Source: a virus
Lineage: Duplodnaviria; Caudoviricetes
IMG/VR virus record: IMGVR_UViG_3300025502_000041
Span: 1-43,011 of that record
Length of the DNA stretch: 43,011 nucleotides
Direction: 5' to 3' (one strand)
Shown here: in pieces, positions 14,192 through 26,440 of the stretch
Layout: every line of letters starts with the position of its first letter
Numbering within the stretch: the stretch's first letter is position 1
Notes under the pieces: model-generated
Database searches by the model: none
Seen by the model: the letters and a program-made list of their open reading frames with translations, nothing else
What the model was told of the DNA's origin: nothing
Program-made: the position numbers and the translations under genes

Positions 14192-14255
14192 ATAGCTCTC
14201 CTTGTCTAACCTATTCAATTATACCACAGAGCTTTAAATCACGACATTAACCAAG

Positions 14256-14327
14256 AGCCTCCTAAGTGAATCGAACACTTATCCCTGGATTACAAAACCA
14301 GTGCACTAGCCGTTATGCTAAGGAGGC
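14256..14327 (-). tRNA. tRNA-Thr(UGU)
   Basis: GCCTCCT/AGGAGGC acceptor, anticodon loop TTTGTAA (U31-U39 mismatch), GTTCGATTC T-arm. Confidence 0.85.
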
Positions 14328-14331
14328 GAAG

Positions 14332-14405
14332 CGACCCTGACCAGACTTGAACTGGCGACCTCCGCCGTGACAGAACGGCGCTCTAACCAGCTGAGCTACA
14401 GGATC
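14332..14405 (-). tRNA. tRNA-Asp(GUC)
   Basis: Cloverleaf, CTGTCAC anticodon loop, G73 discriminator. Confidence 0.92.
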
Positions 14406-14437
14406 TGGTTACCCCCATACATGCAGGAGAAGATTTG

Positions 14438-14742
14438 TGGAAGTGGGGGGAATTGAACCCCCGTCCAATAAGCAATCTACTGTTCTTCTACAAGCTTAGG
14501 CTCTACCAGCCACGGTACTGCGGGTTGCGGTTAAGGTCGCCACCTCGGTGGGTGTTCTATTTATTTAAATCCAGGGGTGCCCATTTAGAACTAATGCTGC
14601 CCGTGGTGCACTGAGCGCTATTAAGCAGCTAGTGCGAATGCAGAACGTGAGTTTGCAATTATTCTTTTTCCCGATTCAAGAGGTACAGGATTCTCTGCTT
14701 GCTTCTCCAGCTTCGGACTTACTGTCGAAACCGATCACTCCC
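14438..14742 (-). ncRNA. ssrA: tmRNA; tag peptide ANSRSAFALAA (14656-14621)
   Basis: 5' GGGAGTGATCGGTTTCGAC, G3-U70 acceptor stem, ATAATT-GCA resume codon, tag ending FALAA with double stop, 3' GGACGGGGGTTCAATTCCCCCCACTTCCA. Confidence 0.95.
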
Positions 14743-14778
14743 GTATTTAATTATGTGGTTTTACGGTGGTATCCTGAG

Positions 14779-15015
14779 TTAAAGGCCGTTGTTAATAGCT
14801 CTCCAAATAGAAGGAGAGTGGTCTTCTTCTATAGATTTTTTGTGTTCCTGGTCCTCATAGAGACGAAGAATGTGTAGGCATGGGTCACCACCGTCATCGA
14901 ACTCAGCCAACTCTGTCTCCGACATTGGGATGCCGTCATGGGTATCGCAAACTGCCGGTCCACACCATCCCATTACATAACCGTGACTTAGCCATGCATT
15001 AAAGTCATCCATCAC
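14779..15015 (-). CDS. Hypothetical phage protein
   Basis: WCGPAVCDTHDG...DPCLHILRLY; SD and TTGCAA-17-TACAAT promoter upstream. Confidence 0.8.
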   Translation of the reverse strand: MMDDFNAWLSHGYVMGWCGPAVCDTHDGIPMSETELAEFDDGGDPCLHILRLYEDQEHKKSIEEDHSPSIWRAINNGL

Positions 15016-15079
15016 AACCTCTTTCCTTTTGGCTTATACTCTATTGTATCCTAAAGTGTCGCTCATTGCAAGTTATTGT

Positions 15080-15322
15080 TTAGGATTTTTTCCTGGTGGC
15101 TGCCCTCTGAAAGACTTCCTCGATCTCAAGATCTGTTAGCTTTCCATCGCCAATGTAAGCTCTTGCTATTCCTTCCAGGACTCTTGCCACTCCCAATGCC
15201 CCTGCCATAAGCAGTGATTGCCAAAGTTGAATCCCTACGATTGCTCCAACACCTAGCACTGAAAGTGCGGATGCAAAGAATACTGCAAGCATTCTTGCCA
15301 ATATTTTAAGTAGTTTACGCAT
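15080..15322 (-). CDS. Small two-TM membrane protein (holin-like)
   Basis: Hydrophobic segments plus DGKLTDLEIEEVF tail; AAGGAG SD. Confidence 0.7.
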   Translation of the reverse strand: MRKLLKILARMLAVFFASALSVLGVGAIVGIQLWQSLLMAGALGVARVLEGIARAYIGDGKLTDLEIEEVFQRAATRKKS

Positions 15323-15441
15323 GTCTTTTACTCCTTAGGGGTTTAGTTATAGGGGAGTGACACGATTATCGGGGTTAGCTAGATAGACTCCCTAATACCA
15401 TTATACTAGAGTATATAAAAAATGCGGTTTTTGAACTTGAG

Positions 15442-15512
15442 AGGGAATAGAGAGGATCGAACTCTCAACAACAGATTGGAAATCTGTAGTTTTACCATTA
15501 AACTATATTCCC
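15442..15512 (-). tRNA. tRNA-Gly(UCC)
   Basis: ACAGA-TTTCCAA-TCTGT anticodon arm, U73 discriminator. Confidence 0.88.
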
Positions 15513-15513
15513 G

Positions 15514-15586
15514 CTGCCCCACCTGGACTCGAACCAGGAACATCAGAGTTAACAGCTCTGCGCTCTGCCAATTGAGCTATGGGGCA
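15514..15586 (-). tRNA. tRNA-Asn(GUU)
   Basis: CAGAG-CTGTTAA-CTCTG anticodon arm, G73. Confidence 0.93.
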
Positions 15587-15632
15587 ATCTAACTTACTAA
15601 GTAACAAGCCTTGCGACTTAGACATTATCCTA

Positions 15633-15661
15633 AGTATACAGGACACAGAGGAGATTGTCAA
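15633..15661 (-). promoter_or_regulatory. Sigma70/SigA promoter for the tRNA pair
   Basis: TTGACA (15661-15656), 17 nt, TATACT (15638-15633). Confidence 0.8.
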
Positions 15662-15673
15662 ACAAAGTTTAGA

Positions 15674-16908
15674 CTAATAAAGCTTAAATGCCTGAGTCAA
15701 AGTCTTTACTCTATCCATTGCAGAGTTAGGAGACATTTTGCTTAACAGGAGGTCTGCGATAACATCTGCTACCTCTTGGAATTCCTCATCCCCGAAGCCT
15801 CTTGTAGCTAAGGCAGGAGTTCCGATTCTAAGTCCAGAAGTGATCATAGGCGATCTGCTGTCAAAAGGTACTGAGTTTCTATTAACTGTGATGCCAGAGC
15901 TATGAAGAAGATCTTCTGCTTCTTTGCCACTAATACTAGAGTTAGACAAGTCTACTATTAAGAGGTGCACATCTGTTCCCCCAGTTAAGACATTTATTCC
16001 TCGATCTACCAGTGTCTCTGCTATAACTTTTGCTCCAGAGATTGTTCTCTCTTGACGCTCTTTGAATTCTGGAAGCATAGCTAACTTAAACGCTACGGCC
16101 TTGGCAGCTATCACATGCATTAGAGGACCGCCCTGCTGTCCAGGGAACACTGCGGAGTTTATTCTTTTGGCAATGTCTGCATCCTGGCTAAGGATTACTC
16201 CGGACCTTGGCCCTCCCAATGTTTTATGAACTGTTGTAGAAACTGCATCAGCAAAAGGGAATGGGCTTGGGTGCAGGTCAGCTGCAACCAGTCCAGAGAA
16301 GTGAGCCATGTCTACCCAAAGCTTTGCTCCAACCTCATCAGCGATGCTTCTAAAGGCATCGAAATCAAGGTGCCTTGAGTATGCAGACCAGCCAGCAATT
16401 AGAACTTGAGGCCTGTGCTCTAGAGCTTTGTCTCTTACCTCGTCCATGTCTATTAAGTTAGTTAATGGATCTACACCGTATGATGTAGCTTTATAGTTTC
16501 TACCCGAAAAGTTGAGCTTCATCCCGTGGGTTAGGTGACCACCGTGAGACAGCTCCATCCCGAGAATAGTATCTCCTGGTGAAGCCAACGCATGAAGCAC
16601 AGCTGCACTAGCACTTGAGCCAGAGTGAGGTTGAACGTTTGCATACTTTGCACCAAAGAGTTGTTTTACCCTGGAGATTGCTAGGTTCTCTATCTCATCT
16701 ACAAACTCACAGCCTCCATAGTAACGCTTTCCAGGGTAACCCTCAGCGTACTTATTGGTGAGGACTGAACCCTGTGCCTCCATGATCGACAACGGTACAA
16801 AGTTTTCACTTGCAATCATCTCAAGAGTGCTGTTTTGTCTTGACTTTTCTTGTTGTATGAAGTCAAATACCTCAGAGTCTGCCTCTTCGAGTGTCTGATA
16901 GAACGTCA

Positions 16909-16909
<1 letters not shown>
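15674..16909 (-). CDS. glyA: Serine hydroxymethyltransferase
   Basis: [51 protein letters not shown] (PLP lysine), SGLRIGTPA. Confidence 0.97.
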
Positions 16910-20012
<3,103 letters not shown>

Positions 20013-20023
<11 letters not shown>

Positions 20024-20417
20024 ATAGTATTTCCAACCTATTCTTGACCTCTATGACGTCATCTTGTGTACCAAAAATTTCTATTCTAGCGACCAGTGGT
20101 ACTCCTGCTTTGCTAGATATAATGTGTGCTGCTTTACAAAAATCTTCTCCAAAGTTAGTATTGCCGAAGCCAACTACTCCCTGGAGCTTTTCACGATTGT
20201 TTCTGTTATTTAAGAATCTTCGAACCTGTCTTGGGATTGCATGCGTGTCGCTGCCACTACCATAAGTCGGAACAAAGAGAACATAAGGATTATCCATAAT
20301 AAGAGGCTCGCTATCACTAGACTTAATAGGAATAGGAATAGCGTTCTCATTTATTTTCTCCGCGAATCTCTTGGTGTTACCAGAATAGTTTGAAAAATAT
20401 ACAATAGTTATGGACAC
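20013..20417 (-). CDS. nrdI: Flavodoxin-like NrdI
   Basis: [31 protein letters not shown]. Confidence 0.95.
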
Positions 20418-20427
20418 TGAGACCTTT

Positions 20428-22209
20428 CTAGATTAAATTAAACTGACCCAGATAGTCTTCTAAATCTTTTTGCTCTGGCCTATATCTTATCACATTTCTG
20501 TCCTTATCCGCAAGCTCTTGTGGTGACTTAGCTCTATCTCTAAACGTGTGGATTTGAACTTCTTGGTTAGTGTTCTTTGGTGTATGGGATATAGCTCCAT
20601 AGATGGCTCCACAAACAGCGTCTGCTAGGTCTTTGGAGGACTTTCTCGGGTGGTCTACCCTATTACCCTTCATAATCTTTAGCTCTGTTAGCTCTTCAAA
20701 CAACAAATCAATCATTGGCATCGCTAGTCGCTCTTCATAGATAAGCATTGCCATATCCTCGTAATGTTTCTTGGCTACCGATACCGTCTCAGTTCTGATC
20801 CCAACAGACTTTAGCTCATTCTGAATATCAAAGGACTGCCAGCGGTCAAAGGAGACCATTCCAATATCGAATCCTAGCCTGCGTAGGTTCTGAATCCACT
20901 GCTTAACCTCTGAAAGATCTACTGGCCCCTCAACACGTGGCTCCCAATAGACTACAGCGTCTACCACTACTACTGGAGCTACCTGCTCATAATCTTTAAT
21001 TACCTGAATATTTACCCAACGATCTACGTGAGCAATGGCAACAGCACACTTGTCGTGTCGTTGTGCAAGGTCAGCGTGAACATAATACTTCTTAGTTGGG
21101 TCTGGCTTAAACGTTTCCTCGAACCTCTTGAAACCGTCTATGGGGTTTCTGATGGTCATAGCGTTTTGGACCTTGTCCCTCTGCTTAAAGAAAGCATCTG
21201 AGGAGAACCTTGGAACGCAAGCAAACCTCTGCATGGCATCAGCAAGGTCTGTGTAAAAGGCTATCTTGAAGTCATCGATCTTACGTGTAGGGTTAACCAC
21301 CCAAGTGGGACGCTTTAGGGCAAACATCCCTGGATACTTGTAAGTAAGGATTGTGTCCTCTTCCCAGTCAATCTCTAAAGAATTTCCTGGGGCGTCTTCT
21401 GGCAACTCATCATTCATAATAAACTTGTGATGCTTTATCACTACCTCTTTTTCCATTACGACATCGTCATATCTTTGAGAGATGAAGTCTCCTGGGTAAC
21501 GTGGAAAAGATAGCAATGCAACCTTACCCAAGTCTGGGAACCGAGAGTCTACCGAAGCACGAAATGCCTTGTATATATTATCTGCGGTCTTGGCCTGCTC
21601 ATTGCCTGTTCCAACCTCAGAGGCGAAGCCAGAGATCTCATCTAGAACTGCCAAGATCAGGTTTAGGCCCTCGTGAGACTCACGCTCGGAGTGTCCAGAA
21701 TAAACCGTTATTGAATGGTCAAACTCTATGCTATCCATTTTTGCATAGTACTTACCTTGAAACCAAGGAGACCTTTCGATCTTAGATTTAAAGCCTTTAA
21801 AGAAAACGTTCTTTGCCTGCTGTGCATTTATAGCAATGTTAATAATGTCGATGGCGTCTCCGCCGGGCTTTCCAAAATATCTTGCGGGGTCCTTTAAGCA
21901 AAGAAGCTTGTACACGATATATGCACAGGCAACTGTAGAGGTAAAGTCTTTTCCGCTACCCTTTCCCAGCTGGAGGATAACTTCGTTCTTGGTATATTTT
22001 TTATAGTAGCGAGTGCCCTCTTCAAAACCCATAAGCTCTACGAGGTCTTCTTTTCTGTAGATCTGACTCATAGCTTCCACAATGTCATACTGACTCTGGG
22101 ATAAGGTCGGCTGACCAAGATAGTCAGTTCCCTCAACAAAGGTCTTGGCGTCTACGGGAACCTCTTCGAATGGGCTATCTTGCAGCGCCTCTAAGAAATC
22201 ATCAAACAT
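20428..22209 (-). CDS. Terminase large subunit
   Basis: Walker A LGKGSGKD, Walker B LAVLDE, LLSFPR coupling motif, nuclease HADLA...FDRWQS...DLADA. Confidence 0.88.
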   Translation of the reverse strand: MFDDFLEALQDSPFEEVPVDAKTFVEGTDYLGQPTLSQSQYDIVEAMSQIYRKEDLVELMGFEEGTRYYKKYTKNEVILQLGKGSGKDFTSTVACAYIVYKLLCLKDPARYFGKPGGDAIDIINIAINAQQAKNVFFKGFKSKIERSPWFQGKYYAKMDSIEFDHSITVYSGHSERESHEGLNLILAVLDEISGFASEVGTGNEQAKTADNIYKAFRASVDSRFPDLGKVALLSFPRYPGDFISQRYDDVVMEKEVVIKHHKFIMNDELPEDAPGNSLEIDWEEDTILTYKYPGMFALKRPTWVVNPTRKIDDFKIAFYTDLADAMQRFACVPRFSSDAFFKQRDKVQNAMTIRNPIDGFKRFEETFKPDPTKKYYVHADLAQRHDKCAVAIAHVDRWVNIQVIKDYEQVAPVVVVDAVVYWEPRVEGPVDLSEVKQWIQNLRRLGFDIGMVSFDRWQSFDIQNELKSVGIRTETVSVAKKHYEDMAMLIYEERLAMPMIDLLFEELTELKIMKGNRVDHPRKSSKDLADAVCGAIYGAISHTPKNTNQEVQIHTFRDRAKSPQELADKDRNVIRYRPEQKDLEDYLGQFNLI

Positions 22210-22742
22210 TATTCGTTCACAATCGTAATGGTCTCTCCTGGCTTGGTTGCCTGGGACAGACGCTTCATAATCTTATCTCGAATCTCTGGGTGCTCAGACG
22301 CGACATCCTTTAGAATTTGTATTAAGACTTGCTGGCGCTCTTCGATCTCTACCATTTCTTCTGCTAGCTCCTTGTTCTCAAGAAGACCGGCTTTCTGCAA
22401 CATGTCTATTCTGGTTCGCTCTAGGTCCATTACCAACTTGATACCTGCAGTCTTAGCTCCCAGGTTTGCCACCATGGTTGCCTCGTCGATTACTTCATAA
22501 GCCTTTGAGATAAGCTTGCTGTAGTGGGTGTCTGCACCGACAAGAGCTTCCTTAGCTCTAGCACGAATAGCAGCGTTGTCTGAAGCCATGGCTCGCCACT
22601 CGTTTAGATAACCCACCACCTTTTGCCTAGGCATAGCTAGCTCTTTAGATATCTGGGTTGGCTCCGATCCAGACAAGTACCTCTCGACAACCTTATTAAC
22701 GATGTCTAAGTGTTCTACTAGCTGATCCTCAGGGGTTGACAC
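22209..22742 (-). CDS. HTH protein, probable terminase small subunit
   Basis: PTQISKELAMPRQKV HTH plus helical C-terminus; coupled directly to terL. Confidence 0.55.
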   Translation of the reverse strand: MSTPEDQLVEHLDIVNKVVERYLSGSEPTQISKELAMPRQKVVGYLNEWRAMASDNAAIRARAKEALVGADTHYSKLISKAYEVIDEATMVANLGAKTAGIKLVMDLERTRIDMLQKAGLLENKELAEEMVEIEERQQVLIQILKDVASEHPEIRDKIMKRLSQATKPGETITIVNE

Positions 22743-23019
22743 GCTTCGCCCTCTTACCCCTCTGTGGGACTCTCTTAATTCTATCAATCTTAAATGCTCT
22801 AAACTGACAAGGGATTCCTCGGACTAACTCAAAAACATCTATCCATGTGCTGCCAGTCTCTGTATTAGTGGTGAGGCCTCGAACCTTAAACTTAGACCCA
22901 TACTCTCCTCTAACCTTTACAGTATCTCCTGCGCTTATAACAAACCCGTTGATCTCAAAGCTAGGCTCTGTCTCAAAGATGCTGTGGTGAACTACGCTTG
23001 AACGCTTACGTCTAGCCAT
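22729..23019 (-). CDS. Hypothetical basic SH3-like phage protein
   Basis: GDTVKVRGEYGSKFKV...WIDVFE; coupled ORF. Confidence 0.75.
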   Translation of the reverse strand: MARRKRSSVVHHSIFETEPSFEINGFVISAGDTVKVRGEYGSKFKVRGLTTNTETGSTWIDVFELVRGIPCQFRAFKIDRIKRVPQRGKRAKRVNP

Positions 23020-23282
23020 TATACTCTCTCCTTTGCTATCTTCAATAATACCAGATATCCTATTAAGTCGTCGATGTCATTGTCTCCTGGCCAGTCATGG
23101 CCGTTCTGTATCCTAGATAGCTTGTCGTCAATACGAACCAAGATCTGCTCCACGTTGTCTGACTTGGAGAAGACTCTTGTGGGGTGTAGGGCTGAGTCGC
23201 CGTAGGATCGATTCTTAGCCACTAACATATCTTTTACCTGATTAGCTACCCGTTCAATATCTTGTTCTGTTTGCACACTCAT
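23019..23282 (-). CDS. DUF1599/Nmad1-like (MazG-like helical) protein
   Basis: KNRSYGDS, VRIDDKLSRI, DLIGYLVL motifs. Confidence 0.75.
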   Translation of the reverse strand: MSVQTEQDIERVANQVKDMLVAKNRSYGDSALHPTRVFSKSDNVEQILVRIDDKLSRIQNGHDWPGDNDIDDLIGYLVLLKIAKERV

Positions 23283-23437
23283 CTGCGTGATTTCCTTAAT
23301 CCAAATTTTGCTAGGTAGACGTATATAGTTTCTACGCTTGCTCCACACTCTTTTGCGATTTGCTCGGGGCTCTTCTTGTCTGTGTGGTATCGCTTGCGCA
23401 ACCAGTTTTCTGATGTATATAGTTTAGCAGAGGACAT
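23279..23437 (-). CDS. Small HTH DNA-binding protein
   Basis: WLRKRY...SPEQIAKECGASVETIYVYLAKFG. Confidence 0.8.
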   Translation of the reverse strand: MSSAKLYTSENWLRKRYHTDKKSPEQIAKECGASVETIYVYLAKFGLRKSRR

Positions 23438-23438
23438 A

Positions 23439-24014
23439 TTACTTGTCAACCTTTCCCCAATTATTAATTGCGTAATGACCAATGCCTATTGCATCGGCTA
23501 CGTCATTATCTGTTACGGACTTATCATAAATAATATTAACAACGTTAATAGTTCTTTGTTTCCTAAACTCACGTTCACGGTTCTTGTACCAGGAGGCAGA
23601 CTTGTTTGGGGTCTCTGCCTGTATCCCAAGCTTTTCTTCTTTTGTTAGCTTGCCGTTTCCAAGATATATCTGCCAAGTGATTGGGTTAATTGATCCAGCA
23701 ATCCGGATTCCGTTTTGGGCTGCTGCGCCGAGCATGGCACCCTGCACAAGAGCTAGGTCTGCGGCAGTCTTTGGTGAATTAATAAATACAGTATGCTCAA
23801 TGATTATAGCGTCTATGTCAAATAGTTTAAAGAACGATACACACTTCTTTGCAGAGTCAGAAACTTTAGAGTAAGTGCTTACACCTTTAAAGTTTATCTT
23901 TCCGCTGTGCGTTAAGGTCTGTCCATCAAAGATAGCGAATGCCATACTATTGGTACTTGCGTCAATTGAGCAAACTCTTTGTGGCTTAGGATTCATCGCT
24001 GATAGGTTTACCAT
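23439..24014 (-). CDS. RuvC-like Holliday junction resolvase
   Basis: SIDASTNSMAFA, IIIE, LALVQGA, DVADAIGIG acidic catalytic pattern. Confidence 0.85.
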   Translation of the reverse strand: MVNLSAMNPKPQRVCSIDASTNSMAFAIFDGQTLTHSGKINFKGVSTYSKVSDSAKKCVSFFKLFDIDAIIIEHTVFINSPKTAADLALVQGAMLGAAAQNGIRIAGSINPITWQIYLGNGKLTKEEKLGIQAETPNKSASWYKNREREFRKQRTINVVNIIYDKSVTDNDVADAIGIGHYAINNWGKVDK

Positions 24015-24291
24015 TGGACATCCCCTTTAGCTCACGCAACGTCTTGGATACGATATCTGGGTCGATAGCGCACGTAGAACATATTGAGTCTTCGTTGTAT
24101 ACAGAAAGCTTTGTAGGGCAAGACCTGCAGGTCTTTAAATTCTTTGCCCTCTTTTTTCTTTTTACAATGGCGTATCGTTCTGATATCTTTTCTTTTGTGG
24201 CTTCCTCCCGACATTCTGCGGAGCAGTATATCTGGTAAGATATGCCAGTAACAAAAGAGTTACCACATCTTTTACAATGTTTTTGGTTCAT
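23986..24291 (-). CDS. Zinc-finger protein
   Basis: CKRC...YCSAEC...CRSC...CSTC. Confidence 0.75.
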   Translation of the reverse strand: MNQKHCKRCGNSFVTGISYQIYCSAECREEATKEKISERYAIVKRKKRAKNLKTCRSCPTKLSVYNEDSICSTCAIDPDIVSKTLRELKGMSNGKPISDES

Positions 24292-25066
24292 CTAAGGGCT
24301 CCAGGGACGGTAGTTTGATATCTCCCTGACCAGCCTCTGCACACGCGGCCTGGATAGGACACGTCTTGCAAATCTTTGAATTAGATCTGTAGTTCTTCTG
24401 TGGAAGAGTTTGATCTTCCCAGGCTTTCCGAACTGACCTCATCCAATCAAAAGCTGCATTAACCCACTTAATGTAATAATCACTTATCTGTACTGGTATG
24501 ATCAGTAACTCGTGATTATTTTTGTTTTCATAAATAAGAACTGCTTCAGTTCTATTTAAGATCTTCATGTAAAGAAGAAGCTGTATGATGTGACCAGCCT
24601 TTGCCTTACCAGTTTTCTTTCTATACTCGAACCCCTCCATGGGCATGGTCTTGATCTCTCCTAAGAGATCCTTGCCTTCCCAGTTCAGCATGACATCCCC
24701 GTAACCAAAAATTGGTGGGTCATCATGTTTTACCTTAAACTCAGAGTCAATTAAGAAGTCGTCCACGTTCCCCATGGCTTCCTGTATGCGCTCGTGAGCC
24801 TTGGTACCGGAGTTCATATTAGCTCCACCGTAAGCATCCGCATTGTCTGCGAAGGTCGCACCATTGAAAGCTAAGTACCAATATCTAGGGCACTCCCCAT
24901 GAGAAAAGGCAATGGTGCTAGGTGCAAAGCTTTTCTTTGTCTGGAACTTGTCAACACGCTTTACTGTGTAACCGGTTCTTATCTTGTCGATGAGGGCATC
25001 GTGGTCCAAGAAGGACCTATTAGCTGCTGCCTTTATCATTATCTGACTTAATAAATTGCTTACCAT
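24272..25066 (-). CDS. Solo Cas4-like PD-(D/E)xK exonuclease
   Basis: CPRYWY, GTKAH, GYGD...EIKT, QLLLY, C-terminal CKTCPIQAAC (4-Cys Fe-S pattern). Confidence 0.85.
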   Translation of the reverse strand: MVSNLLSQIMIKAAANRSFLDHDALIDKIRTGYTVKRVDKFQTKKSFAPSTIAFSHGECPRYWYLAFNGATFADNADAYGGANMNSGTKAHERIQEAMGNVDDFLIDSEFKVKHDDPPIFGYGDVMLNWEGKDLLGEIKTMPMEGFEYRKKTGKAKAGHIIQLLLYMKILNRTEAVLIYENKNNHELLIIPVQISDYYIKWVNAAFDWMRSVRKAWEDQTLPQKNYRSNSKICKTCPIQAACAEAGQGDIKLPSLEPLDEPKTL

Positions 25067-25073
25067 ATTAATA

Positions 25074-25388
25074 CTAGCGAATAATATATTTTAACGCTGC
25101 TACAAGACTGTTAATAGACTCTGCTGCAGTGAAGTATATATTCTTCTTCGCTCTATCTCCCTTATCTACGTTTACCATCCAAGTGGCCCTAAGTGACATC
25201 TTAGCTGCAATTGCTTGCAGCCTTACAATCTCAATAGTTGCCACTGGAAGTGGAATATCTGGCTTAATAATTATCTTAGCAACCATTACAAGTGCTGAGG
25301 TTAGCTCTTCATCTTGCATGAAGTCTGCTATCTCTGCCAACCCATTGATCTGCTCTAGTGTGCTTCTGTCTTGGTTACTGGTTTCCAT
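25074..25388 (-). CDS. Hypothetical helical phage protein
   Basis: ORF in replication block. Confidence 0.75.
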   Translation of the reverse strand: METSNQDRSTLEQINGLAEIADFMQDEELTSALVMVAKIIIKPDIPLPVATIEIVRLQAIAAKMSLRATWMVNVDKGDRAKKNIYFTAAESINSLVAALKYIIR

Positions 25389-25415
25389 ATTATACCTTTA
25401 CTCTATTATACACCA

Positions 25416-26156
25416 TCAGGAGGATGCTGAGGTGATCGTGGCAGATGTCATGCTTTTAGTGCTTCGCAACCACTTACCACAATCCATGCACTGGTATCGC
25501 TGATAAGTTGCTGTTGAGTTTGTGACTTCACCGCTTGGTATGAGGGCATAGGACGCACAGTTTGTACATCCTTCTTCTACCCCATCATGTAGCGCACGGT
25601 TTGGGTGTGTATTAATCCATGGCTGTAACTTATCGTAAACATCCAGTAGCAGGTTCACGTCTTGGATCTGATACTTTTTCATCTCTACCCAAGCCTTTTC
25701 ATCGCCGGCCATGCAGTCCAACCATAGCGAAAACCCTGAGTGCTTAACCTTGGAACCCACACCAAGGGCTTGCGCAACATAATCCAACTTGTTTGACGGA
25801 AACCTAAAGTTTGCCTTGGTGACAGACATGAGGTCCAAGTCTTTTGTTGGTGAAGGAGGAAGCAGTCCGTTCTCTAGGAACTCTCGATTAATGTGCTTAT
25901 GGTCAAACCCTGTAGAGTTCCAACCAACCATGACGTCAGCCTCGTGCATCAGGGAATGAAGCTCCTTAAGCATTTCTTCTTTACCGTCATGATGCAAAGA
26001 CTTAAACACAACCTTTTTCTTATCTCCCCACCTTGCACCGAAGCACAACATCTCCGTAGGTTTTACGATTTGTCCGATACTAATATTCTGATCCCAAAGT
26101 CCCCACGTGTAAGCAAGGATAGGTGTAGTCTCTATATCTAGAAATAGTGTTTTCAT
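25416..26156 (-). CDS. RNase H-like/DnaQ-superfamily 3'-5' exonuclease with C-terminal zinc ribbon
   Basis: LDIET, GWNSTGFD, NKLDYVA, YQIQDV; CTNC...CMDC. Confidence 0.85.
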   Translation of the reverse strand: MKTLFLDIETTPILAYTWGLWDQNISIGQIVKPTEMLCFGARWGDKKKVVFKSLHHDGKEEMLKELHSLMHEADVMVGWNSTGFDHKHINREFLENGLLPPSPTKDLDLMSVTKANFRFPSNKLDYVAQALGVGSKVKHSGFSLWLDCMAGDEKAWVEMKKYQIQDVNLLLDVYDKLQPWINTHPNRALHDGVEEGCTNCASYALIPSGEVTNSTATYQRYQCMDCGKWLRSTKSMTSATITSASS

Positions 26157-26440
26157 TTTTGATTCTCCAATAGCTGCTCTAGTAGTGATAGCTCTATGAT
26201 AGCTAATCTTGTCTTGCGGTTACCGTCGCCCATTACCAAGACGAGTGCTGGGTCTGCGTTTGACTTCATGGCATCTGTTACTGCTTTTGCCCAGATGTCT
26301 TGGTCTATTCGCATACCCTTTGGATATTCTTTAAAGTCAACAACAAAGTTTTGCCAAGTGGCATCGCCCTTCTTGTTATTTCTTCCAGAGTTTTTGTGCT
26401 GTGTAGCACCAATTCTCTTGGACTCAGATCTCTCGCTCAT
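26153..26440 (-). CDS. Small PD-(D/E)xK nuclease (Hjc-like resolvase)
   Basis: NSG...KGDA....VVDFKE...W.KA motif. Confidence 0.7.
   Translation of the reverse strand: MSERSESKRIGATQHKNSGRNNKKGDATWQNFVVDFKEYPKGMRIDQDIWAKAVTDAMKSNADPALVLVMGDGNRKTRLAIIELSLLEQLLENQK

Noticed and set aside
14632-14877. 81-aa plus-strand ORF
   Set aside because: Antisense to the tmRNA and to gene 14779-15015
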